From Eledone cirrhosa (lineage: Eukaryota), in contig OZ024743.1 of assembly GCA_964016885.1 (NCBI GenBank), forward strand, positions 325,872,001 through 325,936,000: a stretch of DNA of 64,000 bases, written 5' to 3'. How positions within the stretch are numbered: the stretch's first letter is position 1; each line of letters opens with the position of its first letter. The position numbers were made by a program, and so were the translations under genes. A model generated the notes under the pieces. That model searched no databases. It had not been told where the DNA came from and worked only from the letters and a program-made list of their open reading frames with translations. Below are positions 12,976 to 26,734 of this stretch, one piece after another.

Positions 12976-14854
12976 AGAGACAGATCATACATCTGAAAGT
13001 TTCTTTTTTTCACTCTCCGACGACGCTTATTTGACTTTAATAGAACGTACTTCTAGTCCAAGGGGCACCCATGGAATGTGCCATGCTTGCCATATCCTAG
13101 TTACGCATCTGCTGTTACGTCTCTTCCACCTCCACCCCTCTCTAATCCTAACTTTGATGAACCTCCAAGTTGTTTGATCAACGGAACAGAATGTTCACAA
13201 AATTAACGTGTCAGTGGCGAAACATTCCACAGACTCGTATACTCATAACTCGGGGAGATTCAATGCGTCACAGTGTATGCGATATGGGCAGCTCTTAGAA
13301 TTACAGTTACAATCCATGCGATCGGTTTCCATTTATTCAATTCCATCATAGTAAATGAAACTTTCCAAAGAACTCGGAACCTAATGAACTTCTTAACCAT
13401 TTGGTCATGCTTCGTTCAGGCGGCGAATTGGCAGAGTAGTTAAAACGTCGGATAAAATGCTTTGCTGTATTCGTTTCTGCTCCGAGTTTAAATCCCACCG
13501 ATGTTAACATTGTCTTTCATTCATTCCTTTCCTCCATTCTATGTTCACAAAAAGAGTACCAGTCAAGTACTGAGATCGATTTTTCTGCAAGGGCTCTTTC
13601 TCTATCCTTCTCTGGAAGAAATCTGCTGTATTCAGATCTGGAGAGGAGATGGGCTTTGCCAGGTTTTAAAATGTCCTAGAAACGCCTATGTACTATACAT
13701 GCTACATCCATAATCCTAACTTATGTATCCAGTTGTGTTGCCATTTTTCGTTTTCTAACGTTAGACTTTTCTTCCTCGCAGCATTAAATTTATTTTACTC
13801 TTTAACAAAAGAGTAAAATAAATGGACTCAAGATCGCATGGTCATGGGTTCGATTCCTAGACCAGGCAGCACATTGTGCCCTTCAGTAGTCAGCTGAAAA
13901 ATGCGTATCAGCAGCAAATTAGGGTTAACCTATGTGACGAACTGAAAACGGAATAAGCTCCAGTCTGCCGAGCCTGTAGTTTAAAGTAAGACTTTAATAT
14001 TCCTTAGCAATCAGCTCACATGTCGATGTTGTAAGACGTGATTAAGATACTTTTCAACGACTAAATTCATCTCGTAGTGTGGCTGCAACAGCTGGTACAA
14101 TACACTGTCATTGTTCGATTAACGGAATGGCCTACACATGAAATGAACGCATAAACGGTTGAGCATTCTACAGACTTGAAATTTACATTATCCACAGTTC
14201 TATAAATAACATTACAAATTGCTTATAATTAATTCTTTCAGAATGAAAATATAAACAGAAATATAAACATAATTGTTTCTACTTTTGGCACAAGGCCAGC
14301 AATTATCCAGTGCATTACTGGAACTTTATTTTATCGACCCCGTAACGATGAAAGGCAAAGTTAAAAATACAATTAACTATTGTCAGAAGCCCCTCAAATA
14401 TAACGCACTAAAATATACAACCAGAGCGAGAGAAATAAAAAAGGGAAAAATTAAACAAAAAAAAACGCGACAATCGGCCGCGTACTGCAAGGGCCAACTT
14501 GATAATTTGAGGCAAGCCAATACGTTCGGGTTCCTTTAACGTAATTCTCAATTAGATTCAGCGTGACATAGCTGACCAGTTAAATTGTAAGTACAGTCCA
14601 TCCGACGGGCTTCCAATTAGTTTTGTATACTCAATTTCACTTTACAAGTCACGAATCAACCCAAGCTTATGGTAAATGACACTTGCCCAAGATGCCACAC
14701 AGTGGAAATGAACCAGTAACCTAATAATTTCAATGAAAACTCCTTCAGCATTCGGCGATGCCGCGTCCTCAAAATAAGTCAAAGTCGGTAATAAAAGAAA
14801 GGAAAGAAAGAAACATCGATTAACATAAAGATAAAAACATAAATATTAACTCAC

Positions 14855-14930
14855 CATTGTTGTTTTATGTTTTCTAGACTGACTTAAGTGCTGAATGAGA
14901 GAACTGTCCTGACCAAGCGTTGATTGGTTC
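14855..14930 (-). other. Alternative ATG-only first exon candidate
   Basis: aacaacaATG|gtgagt (ATG at 14857-14855) is preceded by Inr-like TCATTC and a CCAAT box (tgattgg on + near 14921). Phase 0. Confidence 0.45.
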
Positions 14931-14980
14931 TGAAGTAAGTCTGATAGATTTTCCTGTATTTATATATATTCACTTATACA

Positions 14981-15019
<39 letters not shown>

Positions 15020-15749
15020 TCTCAGGTGTTAAGTATCCCACGCAGACATATGACGATTGTATAAACAACATGCGTCGCGGAGACTGCAGTGTGGTGGGAG
15101 GACGGAGAGGGGAAAAAGAGGGTTCTTCAAAGTAAAAATGTTGTAAATCATACGTTGTATCCTGTTTAATACTTCGCCAACCCAATCTACATAACTATCT
15201 CCCAATAAAATTTCAGTAAATTCACCCTCCTCGATAAAGTCGGGGTTTGTACTAGGATTAGAGCGCTACAGAGTTATTTACTCTCATGTTCTTATTATTG
15301 TGACCATTGTTGTTTGTGATGATGATGGTGATGTTGTCTTTGACATACTTATTGTTGTTGGTGATGTAAAAGTGTACATAGTCAACATCCGAACGTTGAT
15401 GCCAGCACGCAGCAGTGTTTGTTTAAGTAGCTTGTCTCGTTTTGCAACGTTTTCTTCCTAACCCTGACAAACGGATAAAACATGCGCAGCACGTGTGAAT
15501 GAATTAAAGATATGGAAGTCAGACGTCTGCATATTTATGTAATAATAGGATGGCTAAGAGAAGATTACTTGTTAAAATGTGGAAAGCAAACAGAAATTTG
15601 AACGAAGAGTTTTCGAAGGGCTAAATATAAAAACAACAAATAGCATTACATGTAGTATAATTAATGTCAGGTTATGATGTAAGTAGAATAACATGCATTA
15701 TAGTCAAGTGTATTGATTCTAGTTAAGTATCTATCATCTCCTCAGTGCA

Positions 15750-16015
15750 CGCAGCATAGCTTAATGTTTAAAAAGTCCACTTCACAATCTTCGAAGTCCC
15801 GTGCTCGATCCCACTGCGTAGCACCTTGGGCAAGTGTCATTTACCATAGTTTTGCGTCGAGTGAAATCGGGTAGACGGAAACTGTCATATGTAATTCAAA
15901 CGGTCAGACTTGTCACACACACAGTGTTAGTGTCTGTGGAATACACACCACTTACACGTTACCGTCGATTGAACAACGGTAACACTCATCATTGAAACCG
16001 ACGGAAGTCCATTCC
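15750..16015 (+). mobile_element. tRNA-derived SINE family C (representative copy)
   Basis: Core cccactgcgtagcaccttgggcaagtgtc...gtagacggaaactg. Copies near 830, 6810, 7500, 11195, 14540, 48050, 58400 and 62115. Confidence 0.8.
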
Positions 16016-16289
16016 ATCACCACAAAGAGCAAAATATTTTAGAGGAAATTGAATGAGGGTGAATGGTGGAATGTTGTGACGTTTATCATTTTCTCGAAGA
16101 TATTAAGAAAGTAAGTAATGTTAAATTACTTGAACCGGAGTATGAGACAACGTCGATTACTCATCTGATTCGTTTAACAGTTTACCTGTGTGTTAATAAC
16201 CTGCAATTCTCTCTAATATACACCAGGTCCGAACACAAAAGAACCAAACAACCACTGTCACTGCCTCCGTCTCTCCTGCTCGCCCCATT

Positions 16290-16500
16290 TCTCACTATTA
16301 TGAGCATATAGGGATCCACTCGCTGGCAGCCACGCGGCCCTGACGGACAGAATAGAGAAGGCGTTTCCTCGGAGGATGGTGAGACGACGTGCTGGAAGAG
16401 CCATTCGAGCTCGTGAGGCTCACACCTGAGGGTGGCCAACTCTGCACCGATGGTGGTGAGCAGGAAAGTGGCCCTAAGGCCAAAGACACCAGAAGAAGCA
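16290..16500 (-). mobile_element. 3' fragment of a CRE-like RLE retrotransposon
   Basis: SGVFGLRATFLLTTIGAELATLRCEPHELEWLFQ is homologous to the 3' end of the element at 46590-47580. Confidence 0.75.
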
Positions 16501-19070
16501 GGTGTGTGTGCGAAAGAAAAAGACGGGGGCGTTTGTGGCTCAGGTGCGATAGCATCTGTATCCAAATGTGCTCGTTTGAGTCTATCAATCGAAACCGTCT
16601 CCCTGGAACCCTTAATGTCTACAGTGAAATGTTTCTCGGAACGAGCTAATACACGGTAGGGTCCAGAGTATGGTTGTGTGAGAGGTGGTTTCACAGCATC
16701 GTTTCTCACAAACACGAGGCAATATCCCTCGGGACTGCAAATTGTACAGTTTGCTTCCTCGTATCCATCGGCGGCAGGTCCTGAAAATAAGAACGCAGAC
16801 GGGATACGTAGAAAAGCGGATCTTGTTCAGCAAAATCGACAGGAGCAAGCATTTGTCCAGGTAACGCTAGAGGAGCACCATATAACAATTCGGCCGGGGA
16901 GAATCCAAGGTCCTCCTTTATTGTTGACCGAATCCCCAATCAACACAATAGGGAGGTACTCGATCCAGCGCGTAGAGTCAGGAGAAGTCCGTAGAGTGGC
17001 TTTCAGTTGTCGGTGGAAGCGCTCTGCCATTCCATTAGAGGCAGAGTGATATGCTGTAGTTCGGATGCGTTTAGCGCCGATGATCTTCGTCAATTCATGG
17101 AAGAGGTTCGATTCAAACTGTCTTCCACGGTCCGTTGTAATCGTAGTTGGTACTCCATATCGAGCGATCCATCCAGACACAAGGGCACGCGCTGTGGTCT
17201 CAGCAGTGATATCCCTCAAGGGGATGGCTTCAGGCCATCGCGAAAACGATCGATTACAGTCGATAAGTAATTGTAACCACCGCTGATGGGCCAAGGTCCC
17301 ACGATGTACACATGAATGTGGCGAAACTGGGCGTCCGGGTTACTAAAAGTACCAAGAGGAGTCTTAATATGTCTATGAACTTTCGATTTCTGGCAAGCAA
17401 CACAGGAACGGCACCAGACAGTAATTTCACGTCTCATATTTGGCCAGAAGAATCTAGCCGTTATGAGTTTTACTGTGGCAGAAGATCCAGGATGTGAAAT
17501 GCCGTGCAAAACAAAAACACAGTTCGACGATGGTTCAACGGAACAAAAGGGCGTCGCTGATCGGCTGCCAAGCGATTCAAATCTATGTCATCGGACGACG
17601 AGATTGAAGTAATCGTAAACGAGACAGGGCGTCGGCCGCTGTATTCATATAACCCGGAATATGTTGAATGTCATTTGTAAACTGAGAGATGAGATCAAGA
17701 TGTCTAGTTTCTCTAGGCGAGTATTTGTCGGCCTTTGCTTGCAAGGCGAATGTCAACGGCTTGTGGTCCGTGAAGATAGTAAACGTTCTTCCCTCAAGCA
17801 TGTGCGAAAAATGTTTCACTGATAAATATATTGCTAGCAACTCCCGTCCAAAGGTGCTGTAGCGGGTTTCGGCAGGTTTCAGCTTCCTGGAGAAAAATTC
17901 CAACGGTTGCTGTTGATCGTTTCTACTTTGCTGCAAAACCTCGTCCACGGCAGTATCCGACGCATCAACACAAAGCGAAAGCTTAGCGTTGGACACTGGG
18001 TGAGCCAGCAAAGATGCATTGGCTAGAACAATTTCGCGCTCTCAAAATTCTCGAGCTGAGTTTCATTCAAAGAAATGTCTTTATTTTTCTTTCGACAATT
18101 TTTCTAAATTTCCGTCAAGGAGAAATGTAGCTTAGCACAATTAGGCACAAACCGCCTATAAAAATTAATCAGCCCCAAGAACTGACGCAACTGACGAAGT
18201 GAGGTTGGAAGAGGCTAATCCTCTATAGCTTTAACTCTCTCAGGAATAGGTCGAATACCGTCAGCGTCAATGACATGACCCACAAAATTCAAAGATTCGG
18301 AACCAAAAACACATTTTGACGGATTAATCCGAACATTGTAATTCTTTAAACGACAAAATAGAAGTTCCAGATGGCGCAAATGTTGCTCTGGAGAAGAGAT
18401 AGCAACAAGAAGGTCATCAATGTAGGTGTATACAAAGTCGAGGCCGCGAGTGACCTCATCCATAAAACGCTGGAAGCTGCTAGCAGCATTTCTTAACCCG
18501 AAAGGCATGGTGAGAAATTCGAAAGATCCAAATGGCGTAGTTATATCCGTTTTCAGGATGTCGTCTCTGTTGACAGGAATTTGGTTATAGGCTCGTATCA
18601 AATCGAGCTTCGAAAAAATGTTGCAACCTTGCAACGAGGATGCAAAATCCTGCAAATGAGGGATAGGATACTGATCCGGTGCGGTCATCGAGTTCAATCT
18701 TCTATAATCTCCAGTGGGTCTCCAATCGCCAGAAGATTTTGGCACCATATATAATGGAGATGCCCACCGGCTCGTGGAAGGACGAATAATTCCGAGCTGT
18801 AGCATATGATCGAACTCGGACCGTGCTGCCTTCAGTTTGTCCGCTGGCAATCGACGAGGACGCGAAAAAACCGGAGCGCCAGTTGTAGTAATAAAATGCT
18901 CCGTGGCGTGGCCTGGATCAGTGACTCTAAAAATTTCATGAGTCAGTTGCGGGAACGATTTCAACAGTCCATGATATAAGTTTCCAGAGTTAGCAATAAA
19001 GAAAGTCGGGCTAATTGTAGAAAATTCCGCCGTCCTGCCACAAAGAGAAAAACCAGTTATATCGTCAATT
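16500..19070 (-). mobile_element. Decayed Ty3/Gypsy LTR-retrotransposon pol (RT-RNaseH-integrase)
   Basis: RT ([23 protein letters not shown]) at 18215-18964. RNaseH (DASD, RELLA, TDHKPL) at 17583-18011. Integrase (HHCC, TDRGRQF, NGMAER, GPY module) at 16500-17509. Several frameshifts and stops. Confidence 0.93.
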
Positions 19071-19123
19071 ATTGTTCACTGGCTGGCACATCATCAAACA
19101 AAAAATAACATACCTCAAGATTA

Positions 19124-19386
19124 TGTTACGCGAACATTTTATTTAAAGCAAATCATAATACTGGTTAACACATCAGTGCTCCAGGGTTGGGTAGTGGTTC
19201 ATTATCGTATTATGCCATGATCGCATGGTGTGATGTCGCTGCGTGGTAAAACTGCACGGGGATTAGCACGTCTGTTGTCTCCGAGCTGCCATGACCCAAG
19301 TGTCTTGTCTCAACAACTGACGTCAGAACTAAGGGCAGTTAATCGACTGGCTTCACAGTCGACGCTAGATGGCGTGATCTTCTACA
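19124..19386. mobile_element. Possible solo LTR
   Basis: TGTTACG...TCTACA termini with an internal polyA-signal-like tttatt. No target-site duplication seen. Confidence 0.25.
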
Positions 19387-19477
19387 AAACTATTTAATGT
19401 GTCGGATTCCGCCAAGGGTGAGTAGTGGATAAATGTATTCTTTTCAGGATGAATGATAAAAAGAATAATGCCAGAAT

Positions 19478-20206
19478 TGTGATGTTGACAATGTTTATTT
19501 TACAATAATATTCACTTGGTACATTGAGCATCGAACTTGTGGCAGCAATTATCACTACATTATTTTCTGACTAGCTACTTCGAGCTAGCGTGTATGCATG
19601 TATCAATACAACCATATAATAAAAGTGAAATAACAGGAAGACGAAAGATTAGTGAAAAACATAAGTAAACCTACTGCGTGTGTATTTATGTTTGTCTATC
19701 CTGTAGGTTGTCGATCTATCGAGCGGGTATGAAATGTGAGAGCATAGTAAACAAACTGGTTTTCGTGAAGAGAAATTTCACAGTGTTAGCAGAACTTTCT
19801 TCTCTTGTCTGTGTTATCACTATGTCTACTGGTGTAGTCTGTGGTCGAGAAGGTGAGAGCCAGTATGGTTAGGAGAGAGAAAGAGTAAAAGGTCTACTGA
19901 TGGCTAAATCGTTATCTCTGACGGACTACTGCTTCGGGGGTCTCTCTGGTGGATTCCCCAAGTACTTGTAATTATAATAACCCTATAGCTAGAAGGATGT
20001 GTATATGGGTTGATTTATGAGTAACCATATGTGGTTCATCTGTCAAGAAGCTGGGGTCACAGGTCAGGTGGTTTGTACGTTTATCATACTTGTCTCTTGA
20101 CAGGACAATGGTGGTAAACTCCCAACAATAAGTGGTTTTAGAGGCGAGAAACCTCAGATTCGGTTTCGAATCTTCGCCAGGTAATTTATAGGAGAATTCC
20201 GTTACA
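19478..20206 (-). mobile_element. Possible solo LTR
   Basis: Minus strand reads TGTAACGG...AATAAAcattgtcaacaTCACA. No target-site duplication seen. Confidence 0.3.
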
Positions 20207-20279
20207 GGTAAGTACTGTCACCTCTCCTGTTCATTATTTACATGCACAGGATTGACACGCACAGTCGGGTTGAAAGTGT

Positions 20280-20437
20280 GCTTAAGTACATGGCCCCGTT
20301 GGCCGGGATGGGAGTGTGTGTGTGTGTGGTGAAGGGGCATCTTCCTGCCAAAAAATTGTTTACCTCCTTCAAGGCCCAAGTAAGAGGCCTCATAACTTAA
20401 CTAGCTCAGGGCCTCATTTGTCCTAAATCCGGCACTG
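20280..20437. mobile_element. GC-terminal MITE, with an inverted copy at about 27634-27765 and relatives at about 31890-32061 and 56966-57171
   Basis: gggcctcatttgtcctaaatccggcactg versus caatgccggatttaggacaaatgaggccc. Confidence 0.7.
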
Positions 20438-21994
20438 ACGGAACGGGATTAAATTGATTATATATACTAACTCTTATGTAAATAGTGGGATTGTGAATAG
20501 TCTAAAGAAGTGAGGGTTTCCCTGAACCGAAACTCAAATCCATCACAACCGCATCCTGATTTGTTATCGTACACATGATTTCATCGCAGCACATCGTGAC
20601 TCGTCATAATAGTCGGTGGCTAATATTTTCTCCCAGTTATGTATTGTTATTGACAGTCCTAAAATACAATGACAAAATGATATTGATTTCATGACTATAA
20701 TATCTGTTGATTTAACATTAATACCTGACACATGAAACCTACCATCTCAAATATTTACTATTTACTCACAGAACACCACTTCAGTATACTATTCGATGAA
20801 TCCTGATATGACACGTTTTGCATAAAAACACGACCTATGTTTAAGCCAGGTCAATTCTGTTTCCTATAAAATAAATTCTTTCAAAGTTTTAGATATTAAC
20901 CCATCCTGGAAACTGCAATTTAAAAAGCTATTAAAGGCATTAAACGTAAATGTTCTTGTTTTGTTCAGTAAGGATTTCAACGGATTTTATTTCAAAGGAC
21001 ACTATTCCCTAACAAATTAAATTAGTTAAGTAACAGTGGCGATTTTTAATTTTACTCCTGGTGGAAGTAGTGACATACGTGAAATTTCAAACCTGGCGGA
21101 GTCCATCACCTTTCTAGGTCTGAACACGGCCTAAAGAGAGAGAGAAAGGAAGATACAGAGAAAGAATAGACACTAGTAATTGACCATTACTTTTTTTTTC
21201 GACCTAGAAAAGAAAGGCAAAGTTGAGTTCAGCCGGATCGAATATCGCAAAGTATGCTATCCGACGTCTCAACCAATTATCCGCCCGGCGAAAACTAACC
21301 ATTAACGTAAATCACTTTTTTTATAGTGTCTCTTCTTCCCTATCACATAACTCCCGAAGGAATCGTAGGGGCGCTGCATTGACATAAGTTTCTTGGGCAC
21401 TTTTTAGACCTGGCGGAGCCCTTCTCCTCTCCAGGTTTTTGAATACAGCAGATTTCTTCTAAAGAATGATAGAGAGAGTGAGAGAATGGAAATGTGAAAG
21501 AAATATAGAGGAAGAATCGACCCCCAGTACTTGATAGACTTTGAATGGGTGAAAGGCAAAGTTGACCATGGCGAGATTTGAACATAGAGAAGAGAGCCAC
21601 AAAGTATTCTATTCGATGTTCTTACGACTCTGCTAATTCACGCCCTTTTTTATATTATCTATAAACTGTAAAAGACAAACTTGTATTGACGAATAGGGGA
21701 CTTAATGCAGAGTATGTTTTTCAAAGAAAATATACAAGCTGAAAGAAAGAATACATGTGTATTTAGAAAACTGAGTATTAAGTCGGGAAATGGTGATATC
21801 AGAAAATCAGAAGATGAACAAAATACAAGATAATTAGAAAAAATTCACGTCGTATTTGACGAGCCAACAATAAAACATGTAGATTGTTGCTCTGTTTGGT
21901 ATGACTGGCAGTCAAACTTAACTGTTAACATCCTGTACCATATAAAATCGCATTGACAAAACATTTTTGAAAAGTACAAAATAGCACTATGATT

Positions 21995-22450
21995 CAGGGG
22001 CGGTGGAAGTATTTCTGAATTGGGATGTGTGTGCAAATTTGGTCGATTTAGTTGTAGCGATTAGTTTAACTCTTTGCACTCTTAAATGGTCAGAAAATGC
22101 AATTTGAGTTCAAGCAAGTTATATTACATTTAGAGCTTTCAATAATTATAAAGTGATTATTGTAAAATGACCTCCGAAATCCGTCTCTGAATATACATAC
22201 TAGCAATTGGCGAATACTGATATGTGGAGAAAAAGTTATGACATGACAAGAAAATTTACTATGAAGGTTAACAATATATTACACTGTTATCAAATATCAA
22301 CCAAGATATTAAAAAAAAAAAAAAATTGTAGCGCATATACAAATAGATTTTTTTTTTTTTTTTTTTGTCGTTTGGGGAGAAAAATATAATTATTGGGGGA
22401 GAGGGGAGCATGGCTCTCTTCATCATAATTTGGCACAGAAGTATTTCAAT
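21995..22450 (+). mobile_element. MITE-like repeat, with an inverted copy at about 28105-28582
   Basis: Shared segments ggcggtggaagtatttctgaattgg, ctctttgcactct..aaaatgcaatttgagt and gagaaaaatataattattggg. Confidence 0.7.
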
Positions 22451-22804
22451 ATAATCTGAACTGTCCCTTAACTAAACAATGAGGATTCAAGAATGACAAA
22501 GTTCTAATGGAGTGAAAGTGGGGAAAAGAGAACTGGATAGATGAGAAATATTCTAAAATAAGTTATGGCGTCAAACTTGTTTTTCTTTCTATATTAATCT
22601 AATTTTTCTCTCAACTTTCCCATTTTCTTTGTATCACTCTATTTTCTCTCTCCAATACATACATTTCGCTCATCTGAGTTTGTACGTGAGCTTACATGGG
22701 TATAAATTCATACCCGCATGTATGCCACTGCATGTTTTGATGTGCGAATGAATTTATAGATACTTATTACATGTTTGTGTGTGGACGTATGTTTGCATAT
22801 ATTC

Positions 22805-22885
<81 letters not shown>

Positions 22886-23329
22886 AATTATATGCAACAA
22901 CATTCGCAGTAATCGTAAAAGGCATAAATAAAAACAAAACGACGCGTGAACATGTAGTCGGGTGGGGTCACCAAAGGCATACACAAATTGTAATCTATGG
23001 AGTGTATCGAGAATAAAGTCCTTGAACTCGGCATTCAGTGTAGAAAGCCCAACGATTACACAGGTAACAGTCAAAGTGCTCCCTACATAGAAGTTTTTTT
23101 AAAAGTAAAAAAAAAAAAGTCATGATGGTTGCTTTTCCTAGATGAAGCCTGAAAGCAACCTCGGAACGATCTCGTCTCCATCTCCAGGATTCAAGGAAAA
23201 AGCAAAACATCTCACAACCACAACCAGTGATGTCAAGGAAGAAGAGTAATCCACAGCAATATAAAGCACTAGAAGATGGCGAAAAACCCTCCCTTCACAA
23301 CAGTTCCATCCTGTCCGCTTCTGGGGATA

Positions 23330-23399
<70 letters not shown>

Positions 23400-24359
23400 C
23401 CAGTGCGAATAATAATAATAATAATAATAATAATTGTTTCTACTTTAGGCACAAGGCCACTCACCGAAACCGACGGAGGACCATTCAAGACGCCCTCCGA
23501 AAACAATTTACTAACAATGGCTACTCATAGATTAGTCAAAGAGAATTCATATCTGCTGATATTTAACTCCGAGGTCATAGATTCAACATAACATTAACCC
23601 TGTCATTACCATATTTTTAATGAAAGACCGATTATGGGCGTCAGATAATTTGGAAAATAATGATAATTTGGGAGGATTTAGCAATAACATTTTCAATATG
23701 CATGTATCTGAGGGCGATGTATTGGTGGAATCGTTATGGCGTCGGAGAAAGTGTTTGTGGCATTTAGTTATGTCCCTTAACATTCAAATTCCGCCGAGGT
23801 TAACTTTGCCATTCATCTTTCCGAGGTCAATAAAAGTACAGGACTCCCCCAGCCCCCTCCTATAAAATGGCGGCTTATGTTAGAAACTATTTGGATCATA
23901 AATTAATGGTTCTTACATAAAATTATGATGGAAGGCTTTTAGATAAAATAAAACTTTGAAATAAACACAGTTGTGTCGTAGAATGAAGGTAGTTTCAAGC
24001 AACTTGGTATCAAAAGGTTTAAGTAAATGAACCGCCGTCATTTCAACGATGAGTATTGCGGTTGTACAATAAACTGAACTAACCACTTATTAAAATATAT
24101 TGTAGTATCTGAGTTTTCTATAGAGACGTAACGTTAACGTAAAATCCGTTTGACAGTGTGTGACAGGGTTGGGTTTTGAATTCCAGCTACAATCCACCCG
24201 ACTAGCTTCCAAATAGTTTCTATCCATCTAATTTTACTTAAAGTGGTTCGTTATGTTCTAAAATAAACCTCTTAACCATTTAGCCATGTTATGACCATAA
24301 AAATACCACTCTGGATACAATTGCTTTCTTTTTAGAAAAATATTTCCATTAAATATGAA

Positions 24360-24600
24360 TAGTTTTCTTCTTAACCCACTTATTCCTGAGAGGGTCGTGG
24401 GGGCAGAGTCCTCAAACACTCCTTCCAGAAACAACCGTCTCCAACTGATCCGGCTGATCCTTAAGCGAGACCAACTAAACTCATGGATGTTATCCAACCA
24501 TCTTGCTCGCGATCTACACCTGGGTCTCCTGCCGGCTGGTTTTGCCCGTAAAATCTGCCCAGCGATTCTTTCCTGAGGCATTCTAACCACATACCCATAG
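24360..24600 (-). mobile_element. RTE/RTEX-like LINE 3' end
   Basis: VRMPQERIAGQILRAKPAGRRPRCRSRARWLDNI is a typical RTE C-terminus. Confidence 0.7.
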
Positions 24601-25929
24601 TATTCATATTCATATATATGTGAATATGAATATTTGAAAATATAAATATCCGAAAGTGTTAGTTGACAATGTAGGAAACATTTTTTATTAAAAGTTCTAG
24701 CTGATCAAATGAAAAGATTTAAGAGAATAACGGCTTCTAATTTAGGGATACGGCCAGCAATTTTTAGAGGAAGTTAATGTCCATTATATTAATCCCAATA
24801 CTTGGCTTCTAAGCATTTGTTTGACGCTTTAAAGCAGAAGTTCTCAAACTTTTTGGGCCACCACCCACTCATGGCCATGTAATACCCTCAGCGCCTCCAC
24901 CTCTATTTCCAGAGAGACCTGCCTACACGTAAATTGTAAATAATATATAAATAAAATCGTTAGTTTATATATAATAAATAAAATATATACTACGTATGAA
25001 TAAATATTATATATCTTCTATTTTACTATATTTATATATAATATGTATCATTTGATATTTAATATACTATATCATCTAACCCCCCCCCCCCCCCCCCCAC
25101 GGACCTTCTCAAACCGAATTCGACCAAACTGCTGGCATTGAACTATCCAATTAATACCGAGGTAAATCGATTGGTTCTGTAGTTCGGGTGTTGAGCTCAC
25201 GATTGTAAGATCCTGAGTTCGATTCCCTGTTGCACCTTATGTACTTAAACAAAATACATTTCATGTTACTTCAGTTCACTCAAATGGAAGAAAATGAGTT
25301 GTATCTGTAGTTCAAGGAGCTAATCTTATCATACATAGTGTCAGGCTGAATATGAGCATTACGTTATGGATACACGGGTCTGTAGAATGCTCAGCCACTT
25401 GCATGTTAATTTCACCAGCAATTTCTTACGGTGATCAAGAAATATTACACTGGACAATACAGGACCATCACTAAATTATTGCATTAATTTCACTAGCTTC
25501 GTTTTATGAGACTAGTTTGTTTAAATTTAAAGACTTAAATATGCAATAATGTCCGATAACATAACAATAAAGGACAGATTTAAAAAAAAAAGCTACTCAA
25601 TTCCTCACTGATCAACAGAGAGAATACATCAGAACAAATGATACAATAATTTAAATGTGCTGCTTACTGTAAAACTAATGAAAAACACTCATACACCCCC
25701 GCCCCAGCACCACCACCACAGCCTTAAAAGGTTGTGCTGAGAGCTCATATACACCCCCGTTCTCAGCACAACTTCACTGGAGTTGAAAATCAGTTGGGTG
25801 AAACGTGCGTCCTCGAGTATGGTTTGCTAATTCATTGTGGAACTAACTATACCGAGTGCTCTACTTACTACGGATACAACCTCCCGGTTTTTTACCACTA
25901 TATATATATACATACCATACACACACTGC

Positions 25930-26180
25930 TCTCCGAGTTCAAATCTCGCCGAGGTTAAATTTGCCTTTCATCCTTTCGAGGTCGATAAAAAAGTACTAGT
26001 CTAATACTGGAGTCGATTCTTCTTCTATATCTCTTTCTCATTTTCTCTACCTCACTCAACCTTTCTCTGGAAGAAATCTGCTGTGCTCAGGTCTGGAGAC
26101 AGATGGGCTCCCGCCAGATTAAAATACCCAAGAAACGCCGTAGGTCAATATGGGACCCCTACCATTCTTTCAGGAGTTAC
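25930..26180 (+). mobile_element. tRNA-derived SINE family A with composite tail (representative copy)
   Basis: B-box gagttcaaatc plus core gcctttcatcctttcgaggtcgataaaa..gtac. Further copies near 1180, 1750, 1980, 2130, 3370, 11780, 13420, 14280, 21090, 21350, 23740, 45660 and 62935. Confidence 0.85.
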
Positions 26181-26189
26181 TAGACTATA

Positions 26190-26715
26190 CTAGGGGGCTT
26201 CAAAAGGTTCGTGGAAAAAGTACATAAAAATAATATGCCAAGATTTTTATCTCAATGCACCTGTATGTTCTCGTACTAACGTGTCATAACATATTCTAAC
26301 ATGAACACTTAAATGCATGCTGAAACGCGGCTCCGCCAGTCGAAAGTCAGCACCTGCTCGAGCAATATGGTTTCCATTAAAACATCAACTTCATGGTGAA
26401 GCTAAGGTGGAAGAGCAGCCGAATCATTGACGCTCTGGTGCAAGTTTATGGAGACAATGCCCCAAACAAATCAACAACCTACAAATGGATGTCGTTTTTG
26501 AAGTGGAAGAGATGACATTGAAGATGATCCCCAGTTGTAGATGTAAAAAAAGCTTTGACATGGTTTAAATCGCATGGCCCTCAGTTTTACACAGATGGAC
26601 TTCAAGGTTGATATCAACGCTTGCAAAAGTATATTGATCTAGATAGAGCATATATTGAAAAATAAACATAACTTAAACCGTTTTTTTTTTCCACGAACGT
26701 TTTGAAGCCCCCTTG
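26190..26715 (+). mobile_element. Internally deleted mariner (irritans/Hsmar2-like)
   Basis: TIRs ctagggggcttcaaaaggttcgtggaaaa / ttttccacgaacgttttgaagcccccttg with TA on both sides. Internal NINFMVKLRWKSSRIIDALVQVYGDNAPNKSTTYKW and C-terminal ...QRLQKYIDLDRAYIEK* resemble the Hsmar2 transposase ends. Confidence 0.85.
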
Positions 26716-26734
26716 TATATAATTACACACTTAC

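Noticed and set aside
21845-23330. Possible downstream tubulin exons (21845-21933, 22940-23085, 23140-23330, also 24290-24340 and 25600-25667)
   Set aside because: No frame I translated gave recognisable tubulin motifs such as YRQLFHP, GGGTGSG or VVEPYN.
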